Shown one piece after another: positions 12,197 to 22,758 of a DNA stretch of 60,920 bases (positions within the stretch are counted from its first letter, which is position 1; each line of letters opens with the position of its first letter). The DNA lies in IMG/VR virus record IMGVR_UViG_2744054872_000005; one strand, written 5' to 3'. A program made the position numbers and the translations under genes. Source of the DNA: a virus (Duplodnaviria > Heunggongvirae > Uroviricota > Caudoviricetes). Below the pieces are notes generated by a model, which was not told the DNA's origin, did no database searches, and saw nothing but the letters and a program-made list of their open reading frames with translations.

Positions 12197-12895
12197 TTAC
12201 TGCGAAAGTTTGTTAATGGAAAGGAAGCCGCCAAAGTTGCCGACGTTATTGCGGAACTTACAACCGCTCAGGCATTTGCTGCATTTATCCTTCGTGATAT
12301 CGGACGTCGGCTGGTCATATTCATCCGCGACCGCCGGACCGTTATAACCGCACTCATCACCGCGATAGGTCCAGGTGCAGGTATTAGCCAGCATGATACG
12401 TCCCGGAAAAACGGCACCATCCGTTTCAGTCGGCGTGGACAGTACAAAGGAGGCACTGACCGCGCTCAATTCGCTGCACTGCTCGATGCGCCAGCGGCTA
12501 ATCACCTCCTGCTCCGGATCGGCGTCGCTGTTTCCGTTGACGAAGTTCACCGCATCCAGAAAACGGGCATAAACCTTACGCCTGACCACCGTTCCGCCGA
12601 CCAGACTCTGCAGATCTTCCGCCATCCCGGTGACCATGCCATACAGGTTAGAAACCGTCAGCGTGGGGCGCGTACTGGTGCCTTTGCCATTCAGTTCGAA
12701 ACCACTCCCCTGAATGGGATACGCCTGATACTGTCGCCCCTGCCAGGTGACCGGCTCACCTTTTTCGTTCTGCTCATTACAGAAAAAATAACGTTCTCCA
12801 CCGACCTCTGTCAGGTCGATTTCCCATAGCACCACGCTGGCCGACTGCTCCGCACGGGTGCATTCATTCAGTGTTTCCTGCCGGATATCCTGCAT
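12197..12895 (-). CDS. L: minor tail protein L
   Basis: 232 aa, lambda gpL-like with Cys-rich C-terminus. Confidence 0.95.
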   Translation of the reverse strand: MQDIRQETLNECTRAEQSASVVLWEIDLTEVGGERYFFCNEQNEKGEPVTWQGRQYQAYPIQGSGFELNGKGTSTRPTLTVSNLYGMVTGMAEDLQSLVGGTVVRRKVYARFLDAVNFVNGNSDADPEQEVISRWRIEQCSELSAVSASFVLSTPTETDGAVFPGRIMLANTCTWTYRGDECGYNGPAVADEYDQPTSDITKDKCSKCLSGCKFRNNVGNFGGFLSINKLSQ

Positions 12896-13224
12896 CAGTT
12901 CACCACCTGTTCAAACTCTGCGCTGAACTCAACACGCAGCATACTGACCCGCGACGACCATTTTGCGCAGGTCACCTTTATCTGCCGCCACTCATAAGGC
13001 GGTGTCCACAGAAAGGCTTTCCAGCCCCCGTGCTCTTCCAGAAACGACTCCAGTACCGTGGCCTCCTCACGGGGGACAGAAAGCGTCACGCTGTACGTTT
13101 TCAGGTTGGCATTCAGCCCGGCAGGCGCTCGCTGGGAATAGCCATCACCAAAGCGCACCTTTCTTACAGAAGGGGCCGAAGCCACATCCATACCGGGTTT
13201 CACTTTCCAGCGGAAGGTTTTCAT
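12895..13224 (-). CDS. M: minor tail protein M
   Basis: 109 aa, lambda gpM-like. Confidence 0.95.
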   Translation of the reverse strand: MKTFRWKVKPGMDVASAPSVRKVRFGDGYSQRAPAGLNANLKTYSVTLSVPREEATVLESFLEEHGGWKAFLWTPPYEWRQIKVTCAKWSSRVSMLRVEFSAEFEQVVN

Positions 13225-15782
13225 CGTCCACCTCCGGAGAACAGGCCACCATCACGCATCTGTGTCTGAATTTCATCACGGGCACCCTTGCGGGCCATGT
13301 CATACACCGTCTTCAGAGCAGCCGGACCTATCTGCCCGTTCGTGCCGTCGTTGTTAATCACCACATGGTTATTCTGCTCAAACGTCCCGGACGCCTGCGA
13401 CCGGCTGTCAGCCAGACTGCCCGGTGTACCGACATAACCACCGGTGGCATAGCCGCGCATCAGCCGGTAGAGATTCCCCACGCCAATCCGGCTGGTTGCC
13501 TCCTTCGTGAAGACAAATTCACCACGGTGAACAATCCCCGCTGGCTCATATTTGCCGCCGGTTCCCGTAAATCCCCCGGTCGCAAAATGGAATTTCGCAG
13601 CAGCTGCCTGAATGGCTGTACCGCCTGACGCTGATGCGCCGCCACCAACAGCCCCGCCAATGGCGCTGCCGATACTCCCGACAATCCCCACCATTGCCTG
13701 CTTAAGCAGAATTTCTGTCATCATGGACAGCACGGAACGGGTAAAGCTGCGCCAGTTCTGCTCACTGCCGGTCAGCATCGCCGCCATATTCTGTGCAATA
13801 CCATCAAAGGTCTGCGTGGCTGCACTTTTAACCTGCGACATACTGTCCGTGGCGCTCTCTTCCCACTCACTCCAGCCGGACTTCAGGCCTGCCATCCAGC
13901 TCCCGCGAAGCTGGTCTTCAGCCGCCCAGGTCTTTTTCTGCTCTGACATGACGTTATTCAGCGCCAGCGGATTATCGCCATACTGTTCCTTCAGGCGCTG
14001 TTCTGTGGCTTCCCGTTCTGCCTGCCGGTCAGTCAGCCCCCGGCTTTTCGCATCAATGGCGGCCCGTTTTGCCCGTTGCTGCTGTGCGAATTTATCCGCC
14101 TGCTGCGCCAGCGCGTTCAGGCGCTCCTGATACGTAACCTTGTCGCCAAGTGCAGCCAGCTGGCGTTTGTACTCCAGCGTATCATCTTTATGCGCCAGCA
14201 GGGATTTCTCCTGTGCAGACAGCTGGCGACGTTGCGCCGCCTCCTCCAGTACCGCGAACTGACTCTCCGCCTTCCACAAATCCCGGCGCTGCTGGCTGAT
14301 TTTCTCATTTGCTCCGGCATGCTTCTCCAGCGTCCGGAGTTCAGCCTGAAGCGTCAGCAGGGCAGCATGAGCACTGTCTTCCTGACGATCGCCCGCAGAC
14401 ACCTTCACGCCGGACTGTTTCGGCTTTTTCAGCGTCGCTTCATAATCCTTTTTCGCCGCCGCCATCAGCGTGTTGTAATCTGCCTGCAGGATTTTCCCGT
14501 CTTTCAGTGCCTTATTCAGTTCCTCCTGACGGGCGGTATATTTCTCCAGCGGTGTCTGCAGGCGTTCGTAAGCCTTCTGTGCCTCTTCGGTATATTTCAG
14601 CCGTGACGCTTCGGTATCGCTCTGCTGCTGCGCATTTTTGTCCTGTTGACTCTGCTGCTCAGCCTTCTTTCGGGCGGCTTCAAGCGCAAGACGGGCCTTT
14701 TCACGATCATCCCAGTAACGCGCCCGCGCTTCATCGTTAACAAAATAATCATCCTTGCGCAGATTCCAGATGTCGTCTGCTTTCTTAAACGCAGCCTCTG
14801 CCTTAATCAACATCTCCTGCGCGGTATCAGGACGACCAATATCCAGCACCGCATCCCACATGGATTTGAATGCCCGCGCTGTCCTGTCTGCCCAGGTCTC
14901 CAGCGTGCCCATGTTCTCTTTCAGGCGGCGGGTCTGGTCATCAAACCCTTTCGTTGCGGCCTCGTTCGCCGCCTGCAATGCCCCGGCTTCATCGCCGGAA
15001 CGCTGCAACTGAGCAACATACGCAATCTGCTCCGCCGTCACGTTATGGAACTGACGTGCCATCGCTGTCAGTCCCGACGTCGGGTCTGTGGTCAGCTTCC
15101 CGAAGGCTTCAGCGACCTTGTCCACCTCCACGCCGGATGCAGAGGAGAAACGCGCCACACTCTGGCTGATCGCCTCAAACTGCTCACCACCACGCACACC
15201 GGCATTCACCAGCGCCGTCAGTGACTCGCTGGTCTGGTTAAACGTCAGCCCTGCCGCCTGCCCGGCTCTGGACAGGACCAGCATACGATCTGCCGTCAGT
15301 CCCGCCTGATTGCCGGAAAGGACCAGCGTTTTGTTGAAATCGGACAGGGTTGAGTTGCCCTGATACCAGGCATACGCCAGCGCACCGGTCGCCACCGCCA
15401 GCGAGGTGGCCCCCACCATCGGCAGGGTGATCGCACCGGCAAGCCCCCTGAACATGGGGATCATCCCGCCGAAGGAGTCCTTAACCTGACCCCCCTGTTG
15501 CAGCAGGATCAGCCACGGACTCTGCCCGCCTGCAAGCTGCGTGGCCACGTCGGTGAACTGCGCAGGCAGCATACGCATGGCGGCTTTATACTGCCCGACG
15601 GAAATCCCCGCTTTCTGTGCAGCCAGCGCCTGCCGGCTCATCGACTGTTCAACGACTGCCGCTGTTTTTTTCGCATCACTTTCCGTACCGGAAAAATGAC
15701 GCCTGACTCTGGCCATCTGCTCGTCAAATCTGGCCGCATCCAGACTTAAATCAACGACCAGATCGCCTACCGGTTCAGCCAT
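13221..15782 (-). CDS. H: tail tape measure protein H
   Basis: 853 aa, same length as lambda gpH, coiled-coil rich. Confidence 0.95.
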   Translation of the reverse strand: MAEPVGDLVVDLSLDAARFDEQMARVRRHFSGTESDAKKTAAVVEQSMSRQALAAQKAGISVGQYKAAMRMLPAQFTDVATQLAGGQSPWLILLQQGGQVKDSFGGMIPMFRGLAGAITLPMVGATSLAVATGALAYAWYQGNSTLSDFNKTLVLSGNQAGLTADRMLVLSRAGQAAGLTFNQTSESLTALVNAGVRGGEQFEAISQSVARFSSASGVEVDKVAEAFGKLTTDPTSGLTAMARQFHNVTAEQIAYVAQLQRSGDEAGALQAANEAATKGFDDQTRRLKENMGTLETWADRTARAFKSMWDAVLDIGRPDTAQEMLIKAEAAFKKADDIWNLRKDDYFVNDEARARYWDDREKARLALEAARKKAEQQSQQDKNAQQQSDTEASRLKYTEEAQKAYERLQTPLEKYTARQEELNKALKDGKILQADYNTLMAAAKKDYEATLKKPKQSGVKVSAGDRQEDSAHAALLTLQAELRTLEKHAGANEKISQQRRDLWKAESQFAVLEEAAQRRQLSAQEKSLLAHKDDTLEYKRQLAALGDKVTYQERLNALAQQADKFAQQQRAKRAAIDAKSRGLTDRQAEREATEQRLKEQYGDNPLALNNVMSEQKKTWAAEDQLRGSWMAGLKSGWSEWEESATDSMSQVKSAATQTFDGIAQNMAAMLTGSEQNWRSFTRSVLSMMTEILLKQAMVGIVGSIGSAIGGAVGGGASASGGTAIQAAAAKFHFATGGFTGTGGKYEPAGIVHRGEFVFTKEATSRIGVGNLYRLMRGYATGGYVGTPGSLADSRSQASGTFEQNNHVVINNDGTNGQIGPAALKTVYDMARKGARDEIQTQMRDGGLFSGGGR

Positions 15783-16209
15783 ACCGGACTCCTCCTGCGA
15801 TCCCTTCTGATACTGTCATCAGCATTACATCATCCTCCGTCATGTCCGCCACATCCGGGGAAGCGGGGATAACTTCATTCCCGTCCGGGCCAAAACGAAC
15901 GCCTCCGGCAAGCCCTGCCGCTTTCTGCATCAGCACATCATCTTCAGGCTCTTCGTCAGCCTCACGCCGGTTCAGCAGACTGAAATCCAGCGGATGCATA
16001 TCCGGATCGCTGAAAAACAGGCTGAGCACGGTGTACGTCAGCCCGGAAAAGTGCATATCCAGCAGAACATCATGAAAATAATGGGTACTGTAAAAGCGGT
16101 GCCAGTCGGCATACTCCGTGGATGACATCCCGGCAAGCATGGCACGCCAGTCGGGTCGCCCCATCTCGCGCGCCAGTTTCAGGGCAAAAGTCAGCTCACC
16201 GTCGAACAC
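15775..16209 (-). CDS. T: tail assembly chaperone T segment (expressed as G-T fusion by -1 frameshift)
   Basis: 144 aa ORF overlapping the 3' end of G in the -1 frame, as in lambda. Confidence 0.9.
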   Translation of the reverse strand: MFDGELTFALKLAREMGRPDWRAMLAGMSSTEYADWHRFYSTHYFHDVLLDMHFSGLTYTVLSLFFSDPDMHPLDFSLLNRREADEEPEDDVLMQKAAGLAGGVRFGPDGNEVIPASPDVADMTEDDVMLMTVSEGIAGGVRYG

Positions 16210-16613
16210 TTTCCCGCAGAAACAGGCTCTGCAGGCCCGGCGTCCTCTGCCTGTTCAGGGGCATCATTCACCACAAACTCATACATACCGGACAGCCGGT
16301 ACACCACGTTTTCAGCATGAGAAATTGCCTCTGTAGGCCAGGTGGTAAGCACTTCCTGCTCAATCTGTTTAACGGCTTCATTCATGGAAGGCTGCTTTGT
16401 CTTCTGCGGATGGTTATGCCACAGGGACATCGCTACCACAAAAGCACCGGTTCTGATGGCGTCTTCCACAGTAAACTTCCGGTTGCTGTCTGACTCCGCC
16501 TGTTCTGCCTGCCGTTTCATCAGGGCGAGATGCTCAATGCGCTGCAGGGCTGACAGTTCAGAAAGCGTGACGGTCACACCGTTATGTTCAAATGATTCGG
16601 TTTTCAGGAACAT
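16191..16613 (-). CDS. G: tail assembly chaperone G
   Basis: 140 aa, lambda gpG-like. Confidence 0.95.
   Translation of the reverse strand: MFLKTESFEHNGVTVTLSELSALQRIEHLALMKRQAEQAESDSNRKFTVEDAIRTGAFVVAMSLWHNHPQKTKQPSMNEAVKQIEQEVLTTWPTEAISHAENVVYRLSGMYEFVVNDAPEQAEDAGPAEPVSAGKCSTVS
16209..16215 (-). promoter_or_regulatory. programmed -1 ribosomal frameshift slippery heptamer GGGAAAG (G to G-T)
   Basis: Plus-strand ctttccc is the reverse complement of GGGAAAG, at the G/T overlap. Confidence 0.8.
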
Positions 16614-16628
16614 CGCTGACTCTCCGGA

Positions 16629-17369
16629 TTAACTGGCGGTGACGGTAATTTCTGCAACCGCAGCAAACTCACCATTACCGGATACAACCGGAATGTTGAC
16701 CTTGCCTGCAGCAACGCCGTTCACGGTGATGGTCATACCACTGACCGACACGGTGGCTTTTGTTTTATCCGCAGACACCGCACGAAAGCTCTTGTCGGTT
16801 ACGCCCTCCGGCTGGAAGGCCACGGTCAGCGTGGTGCTCTGCCCTTTCACCACCGAGGTGCTGGCAGGCGTCACGGTCATGCCGGTTGCCGCTGTTACCG
16901 TGCTGCGATCTTCTGCCATCGACGGACGTCCCACATTGGTGACTTTCACCGTGCGGGTGATCACTTCCTTCGCCGTCACCGCCTTACCGATACTGCTGAC
17001 CCAGCCACGGAACACATCGACCGTGCCGTTCGGGAAGCGGATTTTATAGGCACGGGTATCGCCTTCATTAAACCACGCCAGCAGCGCCTGCTGCCCCTGC
17101 TCTCCGGGTATCCACGCCAGCGTGAAGCTGGTATCTCCGGCAGATTTCTGCCCCTGCCCGGTCGCAGTCCAGTCTGCATCTTCATCATCGAGATAGCTGT
17201 CGTCATAGGACTCAGCGGTCAGTTCGCCGGGCGTCAGGTCTTTAACTTTTGCCAGACGCGACCAGTCAACGTCTGAAAGCGGATTCGCATAAGGGTCACC
17301 GCTCCCCTTATAAACCCACAGGGTGGTCCCGGCACCTTTCACCGGCATTGTAGGATTTGGTACAGGCAT
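16629..17369 (-). CDS. V: major tail protein V
   Basis: Lambda gpV-like from [12 protein letters not shown]; the listed ORF has a 10-codon upstream extension. Confidence 0.95.
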   Translation of the reverse strand: MPVPNPTMPVKGAGTTLWVYKGSGDPYANPLSDVDWSRLAKVKDLTPGELTAESYDDSYLDDEDADWTATGQGQKSAGDTSFTLAWIPGEQGQQALLAWFNEGDTRAYKIRFPNGTVDVFRGWVSSIGKAVTAKEVITRTVKVTNVGRPSMAEDRSTVTAATGMTVTPASTSVVKGQSTTLTVAFQPEGVTDKSFRAVSADKTKATVSVSGMTITVNGVAAGKVNIPVVSGNGEFAAVAEITVTAS

Positions 17370-17376
17370 AGCGTCC

Positions 17377-17772
17377 TCACATTTCATAGGTAATGACATA
17401 AGTCAGATCGGCTGAACTCCACAGGCCCGCATCATCGTCGCGCCGGTAGTCATAGCCGCTGGCCACCATACTGGTGATCAAATCTGACAGTGCCGGGATA
17501 TCGCTCATCACCGGATAAATCCGGGACTCCATCCACGCATCCAGCTCTGAATCCGGCACCTGAGCAGGCAGGAAAACTTCGATATGCAGCTCCGCCTGCC
17601 AGGTATCGCTGTCCAGCTCTTCGCCCGTGTATTCAGCGCCGGTGAGATAAACGGCAACTGCCGGAAAATCCGCCTCATCAAAAACAGCGGGGCGACCATC
17701 AAAAAACGTCGCCCCGGTGTCATGCTTCTCCAGTGCATCCAGTACGGCTGCACGGAGTTCAGTATGTTTCAT
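17377..17772 (-). CDS. U: tail terminator protein U
   Basis: 131 aa, lambda gpU-like. Confidence 0.95.
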   Translation of the reverse strand: MKHTELRAAVLDALEKHDTGATFFDGRPAVFDEADFPAVAVYLTGAEYTGEELDSDTWQAELHIEVFLPAQVPDSELDAWMESRIYPVMSDIPALSDLITSMVASGYDYRRDDDAGLWSSADLTYVITYEM

Positions 17773-18347
17773 CGCTTTATTACCATCCTCAGTTGATGCT
17801 GCAGCGCATAGCCCAGCTCTTTCGGAAGACGTTCACGCCGTATCCGCTCAATATTTTGTTTAAACGCCGTGGTCAGCGGCACCGCCATCGGGATTTTCAC
17901 CACATCAATGGGGTAACGGTTTTTCCCGGCCACACGCTGCATGACATGCCACCGGCCATTTTTCAGTTGCTGAATAAACGCGCCGGGAATACGACGGTTA
18001 CCCACCACAAGCACGCTGCCGCCACCTTTCAGGGATGAACGCTGCCCCTTTTTACGACGCCTGCGGCGCGAAAGGACAACCCGCGCATTACCCAGCTTGA
18101 TTACGGGCAAATCCCCCCGGTTAACTTTGATTCTGGCCTGCGGATTTTTGACCGTGGCCCTTTTCAGCCTGGCCCTTTCCTTTACCAGTTTCCGGCGTAC
18201 CTTTGTCTCACGGGCAACCTGTGACGCCGACTGCGATATCGCGGATGAAGCAACGCGGTTAATGGCCATTGCGGCGGCACCAGGCACCGCCGTTTTGCTG
18301 ATACGGCTGAGGTTTTCAATGGCCTGCTCAAGACCTTTTATGGCCAT
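17769..18347 (-). CDS. Z: tail completion protein Z
   Basis: 192 aa, lambda gpZ-like. Confidence 0.95.
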   Translation of the reverse strand: MAIKGLEQAIENLSRISKTAVPGAAAMAINRVASSAISQSASQVARETKVRRKLVKERARLKRATVKNPQARIKVNRGDLPVIKLGNARVVLSRRRRRKKGQRSSLKGGGSVLVVGNRRIPGAFIQQLKNGRWHVMQRVAGKNRYPIDVVKIPMAVPLTTAFKQNIERIRRERLPKELGYALQHQLRMVIKR

Positions 18348-18358
18348 ACATCCCCCTT

Positions 18359-18712
18359 TCAGCGGCGACGGTTAACGGCAGGCGGTACGCCCCGCCCAAG
18401 CCAGAGATGACAGCTTCCACCATCATCCGGCGAAACCCGGTCTATCCAGAAGTTTTCCTCACCGATGGTCAGCGTGTCTCCACGCCGCAGCTGCCGCACA
18501 TCATCAGTCCGGACAAACAGGGACGGGCTGGAGCCTTCAACGCGCACGCCCTGTCCGGCATAGCTGATATTTTCAGGGTCATCAAAAACACCACGTATTA
18601 CTGCGCCGGACTGCTCACCGGATGTCATGGTGGCTGACGTTCCCATGTACCCGCGTATCGTTTCATCGGCGCGAACAATGGCAGCATCGAACAGGTTATC
18701 GAAATCAGCCAC
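18359..18712 (-). CDS. FII: head-tail joining protein FII
   Basis: 117 aa, lambda gpFII-like. Confidence 0.95.
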   Translation of the reverse strand: MADFDNLFDAAIVRADETIRGYMGTSATMTSGEQSGAVIRGVFDDPENISYAGQGVRVEGSSPSLFVRTDDVRQLRRGDTLTIGEENFWIDRVSPDDGGSCHLWLGRGVPPAVNRRR

Positions 18713-18723
18713 AGCGCCTCCCG

Positions 18724-19119
18724 TTATTGCATTCTGGCCAGGCCGCGCTCTGTCATTTCAGCTGCCACACCGGCAGAGACACGGAACGCCGTTCCCGGCA
18801 GCACAAATGCCACAGCCTCATCCCGCGTGGCGTGAAGTGCATCAGTATGCAGCGTCACCAGTGCCACAACCGTGACCAGATCAGCCGTATCAGTCACGGT
18901 ATCCGGCTGCGCTGATACAACCTCATTTTCATGTCCGGTCAGCGCATTTTCCGGGCTGACAGATGTGTCCTGACCAGCAGCGTCATCCGTGTCATCAAGC
19001 TCCTCTTCCAGCTCTGCCACACGGAGTGCCAGTTCTTCTTTCGTCCCCGTCAGGCTGACATCACGGTTCAGTTGCTCACCCAGCACCTGAAGACGGGCAA
19101 TCAGTTCATCTTTCGTCAT
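18724..19119 (-). CDS. FI: DNA packaging protein FI
   Basis: Lambda gpFI-like from MTKDELIARLQ; start at internal Met of the listed ORF. Confidence 0.9.
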   Translation of the reverse strand: MTKDELIARLQVLGEQLNRDVSLTGTKEELALRVAELEEELDDTDDAAGQDTSVSPENALTGHENEVVSAQPDTVTDTADLVTVVALVTLHTDALHATRDEAVAFVLPGTAFRVSAGVAAEMTERGLARMQ

Positions 19120-19160
19120 GGACTCCTCCACAGAGAGAAAATGGCCCCGAAGGGCCATGA

Positions 19161-20186
19161 TTACGCCAGTTGTACGGACACGAACGCATCAGGGTCAGCC
19201 AGCAGCATCAGCGGTGCTGACTGAATCATGGTGAACTCACGCGCCGGATCGCCGGTAGTCACCCAGTTTTTCGGGTAGCGGGCAGAGGCGTTAATACCTT
19301 CGCGCTGTGCGTCCGCATCCTGAATGCAGCCATAGGTGCGCAGACCGCGTGCCTGAGTGTTCCCCAGCACCATCGTGTTGTCCGGCAGGAAGTTCTTTTT
19401 GACGTCGTTTTCCACGTACTGTCCGGAATACACGACGATCGCCGTATCGCCATACATCCCCTTATAGGACACCGCTTCGCCCAGGTCTTTTACCGCTGTC
19501 TCCAGCTCGGAATTAGAGCCGCGACGGGTATCCAGCTTCTCCTTGACGGCTTTGAAGGAACGGAACAGCGCCCAGCCTTTCGGATCAAACACGATGATAT
19601 TCACCACACCGCTGGCGTTCAGCGCGTAGGCTTCGATATCGTCGGTCGGGTCATACGTGGACTTGTCACGCTTGCTCCACTCCGTACCGCCGGACTGCGT
19701 GATGTTGTTCGCCACACTGCGGCCCATATCCACTTCAACCGGATCGAAGGCTTCACCGGTCATGGTATATTTGCCCTTAAGCACGGCAGAAACGGCCTGC
19801 ATCTCTTCGACCTGAGCAATGGCCAGCTCTTCGTCTCGCATGTTCTGCAGGATGATGCGACGGCGGCGGTAAGCCGGGTCCGCCAGATTCTGTGGATCTT
19901 CATCCGGCAGGCGACGCAGGGTCATCTGCGGATTCACCTCATGCTTCGGCTTGACATATCCCGGTGTAAATTCAGAGGTGGAGCCGCCACGGGAGCGGAT
20001 AACCTCACCGGAAACAATCGGCGAAACGTACAGCGCCATGTTTACCAGTCCCGGAATTTGTGAGAGATAGACTTTCTCCGTGGTGAAGGGATAGCTCTCA
20101 CGGAAAAAGAGACGCAGAAACAGCGGATCAAACTTAAATTTCTTCTCATTTGCCGCCAGCAGCTGGGCGGTTGTGTACATCGACAT
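19161..20186 (-). CDS. E: major capsid protein E
   Basis: Near-identical to lambda gpE from MSMYTTAQLLAANE. Confidence 0.97.
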   Translation of the reverse strand: MSMYTTAQLLAANEKKFKFDPLFLRLFFRESYPFTTEKVYLSQIPGLVNMALYVSPIVSGEVIRSRGGSTSEFTPGYVKPKHEVNPQMTLRRLPDEDPQNLADPAYRRRRIILQNMRDEELAIAQVEEMQAVSAVLKGKYTMTGEAFDPVEVDMGRSVANNITQSGGTEWSKRDKSTYDPTDDIEAYALNASGVVNIIVFDPKGWALFRSFKAVKEKLDTRRGSNSELETAVKDLGEAVSYKGMYGDTAIVVYSGQYVENDVKKNFLPDNTMVLGNTQARGLRTYGCIQDADAQREGINASARYPKNWVTTGDPAREFTMIQSAPLMLLADPDAFVSVQLA

Positions 20187-20241
20187 AAAAAAATCCCGTA
20201 AAAAAAGCCGCACAGGCGGCCTTTAGTGATGAAGGGTAAGG

Positions 20242-20574
20242 TTAAACGATGCTGATTGCCGTTCCGGCAAACGCGGTCCGTTTTTTCGTCTCGTCGCTGG
20301 CAGCCTCCGGCCAGAGCACATCCTCATAACGGAACGTGCCGGACTTGTAGAACGTCAGCGTGGTGCTGGTCTGGTCAGCAGCAACCGCCAGAATGCCAAC
20401 GGCAGCACCGTCGGTGGTGCCATCCCACACAACCAGCTTACGGGTGGAGGTGTCCAGCATCAGCGGGGTCATTGCAGGCGCTTTCGCACTCAATCCGCCG
20501 GGCGCGGTTGCCGTATGTGCCGGGTCACTGTTGCCCAGCGGCTGGTAATGGGTAAAGGTTTCTTTGCTCGTCAT
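20242..20574 (-). CDS. D: head decoration protein D
   Basis: Near-identical to lambda gpD from [12 protein letters not shown]. Confidence 0.97.
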   Translation of the reverse strand: MTSKETFTHYQPLGNSDPAHTATAPGGLSAKAPAMTPLMLDTSTRKLVVWDGTTDGAAVGILAVAADQTSTTLTFYKSGTFRYEDVLWPEAASDETKKRTAFAGTAISIV

Positions 20575-20583
20575 AAACATCCC

Positions 20584-21903
20584 TTACACTGGTGTGTTCA
20601 GCAAATCGTTAACGGCATCAGATGACGGGTTACCTGCAGCCAGCGGTGCCGGTGCCCCCTGCATCAGACGATCCAGCGCAGTGTCACTGCGCGCCTGTGC
20701 ACTCTGTGGTGCAGCTGCCAGAATGCGGCGGGCCGTTTCCACGGTCATACCGGGGGGTTCGGCCAGCACGCGTGCCTGTTCTTCGCGTCCGTGAGCCTCC
20801 TCACAGTTGAGGATCCCCATAATGCGGCTGTTTTCTGCCGCAACCGCTGCGGTGATCTGCGCGTTCACATCCGGCTGCGCCGCGCTGGCGTTTTTGCCCT
20901 CCGTCGCTTGCACCACGCCAGTAACGTCAGCCTGCGAAGCAGTGGCTGAAACAGTTGTTGATTGAGTCTCTTTGGTCATTCGCCCTCCTGAGAGACGGGA
21001 TTTACGTGTATCCAGTGCATCACGCATGACGGTGATCGCATCGGTACTGTTAACAAGTTCATCAGCCAGTCCGGCATCAATGGCCTCCTGACCGCTGTAC
21101 ACTGCAGCCTCGGTATCCAGCACAGCCTGCACGGACAGGCCGGTATATGCCGATACCTTCTGTGCAAACATCCGGCGAGTTGCATCCATCCGGGACTGCA
21201 GTGTTTCCCGGACATCATCCGGTAGATGGCTGTAGGGGTTGCCATCCACCTTATGGCTGCCGCTGTAAATCAGCGTGATTTCCACGCCCTGTTTCTCCAG
21301 CGCAGCGCCGTAATTACTGTGAGCCATCATGACGCCGATGGAGCCTGTCCGGGCGGTCTGCGTGACCAGACGCCGGGAGGCGGCACTGGCAAGCAGCTGA
21401 CCTGCACTGCAGTTCATGTCGTTGGCCAGCGCCCATACCGGTTTTATGTCACGCACACGGGCGATGATGTCAGCGCAGTCAAATGCCCCCGCCACCATCC
21501 CGCCGGGCGTGTCCATATCGAGCAGAATGCCGTCCACCATCGGATCGCTGGCAGCCTGTTGCAGACGGGCGATAATGCCGTTGTAACCGGTCATCCCCGA
21601 ATGCGGCTGCAGCGCCCGCGTCCGGTTGACCAGCGTGCCGGAAACCGGCAGCACGGCGATGCCGTTCATGACCTGATAACTGCGGGCCTGTCGTGGTCCG
21701 TCATCATCACCGGATAACGCCAGCGTCGCGGGTGTCTCCGGGGCAGTCAGGCTGTCACCGGACACCGCATCTGTCAGGCGGCTGATCCCAAGCTGGCCTG
21801 CTAGCGCACAAAAGAAAACCCGCGCATAGGCGGGTTCAAGCATCAGCGGCTCATTAAAGGCCATGCTGGCAATATGCGGGAGATTACGCAGCTCTGCTGT
21901 CAC
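20584..21903 (-). CDS. C: capsid assembly protease C (with nested scaffold Nu3)
   Basis: 439 codons from a GTG start (VTAELRNLPHIASMAFNE); 20-nt overlap with the end of B as in lambda. Confidence 0.9.
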   Translation of the reverse strand: MTAELRNLPHIASMAFNEPLMLEPAYARVFFCALAGQLGISRLTDAVSGDSLTAPETPATLALSGDDDGPRQARSYQVMNGIAVLPVSGTLVNRTRALQPHSGMTGYNGIIARLQQAASDPMVDGILLDMDTPGGMVAGAFDCADIIARVRDIKPVWALANDMNCSAGQLLASAASRRLVTQTARTGSIGVMMAHSNYGAALEKQGVEITLIYSGSHKVDGNPYSHLPDDVRETLQSRMDATRRMFAQKVSAYTGLSVQAVLDTEAAVYSGQEAIDAGLADELVNSTDAITVMRDALDTRKSRLSGGRMTKETQSTTVSATASQADVTGVVQATEGKNASAAQPDVNAQITAAVAAENSRIMGILNCEEAHGREEQARVLAEPPGMTVETARRILAAAPQSAQARSDTALDRLMQGAPAPLAAGNPSSDAVNDLLNTPV

Positions 21904-22663
21904 TCTTCTCCTCCTCTGTTGATTGTCGCAGCCCGGATTCAAATGCCGCAGCCGCCCAGGCTGGCGGTTTAAGACCGGCTGCGCGGCGCTCCATCGTTTC
22001 ACGGACCTGCTGGGCAAAAATTTCCTGATAGTCGTCGCCGCGTTTTGCGCACTCTTTCTCATAGGTGCTCAGTCCGGCTTCTATCAGCATCACCGCTTCC
22101 TGTACTTCTTTCAGACCATCGATGGCCATACGACCGGAGCCTATCCAGTCACAGTTCCCCCAGGCACTGCGGGCTTCCTGAAAACTGAAGCGTGCTTTTG
22201 AAGGTAACGTCACCACGCGGCGAGCGATGGCCTCTTCCAGCCAGCACAGAAACATCTGGCTCGCCTGACGGGATGCGACGAATTTTCGCCGCCCCATAAA
22301 GTACGCCCACGACTCGTTCGCACTGGCCCGTGCCGTGGAGTAGCTCATCTGGGCGTAATTCCGGGAAAGCTGCTCATACGAGACACCCAGCCCGGCAGCG
22401 ATATACCGCAACAGTGACTGCTCAAACACGGAGTAGCCGTTATCCGTGTCCTGAGCCGTCTGCAGGTTCAGTGAGTCCCCCGGCATCAGGTGCGGCACTT
22501 TTGCGCCTCCCAGACGGACCGGTGCTGCGGCGTAATACGCGGCAATTTCACCAATCCAGCCGGTCAGCTTGTCCCGCTGCTCCTTACTGTTCGCGCCCAG
22601 AATAAAATCCATCGCTGACTGCGTATCCAGCTCACTCTCAATGGTGGCGGCATACATCGCCTT
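21884..22663 (-). pseudogene. B: portal protein B, 3' fragment (about residues 292-533), separated from its 5' part by the island
   Basis: Encodes ...KAMYAATIESELD... through the lambda gpB C-terminus; upstream of codon K the sequence is unrelated island DNA. Confidence 0.9.
22656..22663. repeat. left copy of 8-bp direct repeat ATCGCCTT (island attL core or target duplication)
   Basis: Identical octamer at 33480-33487; removing the island and one copy rebuilds an uninterrupted gpB reading frame ...SAIVKAMYAAT.... Confidence 0.85.
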
Positions 22664-22736
22664 TATGAAAAGACAGGAAAAAATAAAATTTAAAAACAGT
22701 ACATTACGAATGCTCAGACCTATCGTTTAAAGGAGT

Positions 22737-22758
22737 CGCAATACACACTGCAATACAC
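22737..22758 (+). repeat. two direct copies of GCAATACAC (candidate integrase arm-type sites, attL side)
   Basis: tcGCAATACACacTGCAATACACg; same motif three times at 33298-33350. Confidence 0.6.

Noticed and set aside
13612-15309. Several plus-strand ORFs antisense to the tape measure gene H
   Set aside because: Embedded in H on the opposite strand with low-complexity Ser/Arg/Cys-rich composition; no independent support.
21904-22062. N-terminal 53-codon extension of the C (protease) ORF
   Set aside because: Lambda gpC begins at the GTG at 21903 (VTAELRNL...); the extension overlaps the 3' end of B and is not part of C.
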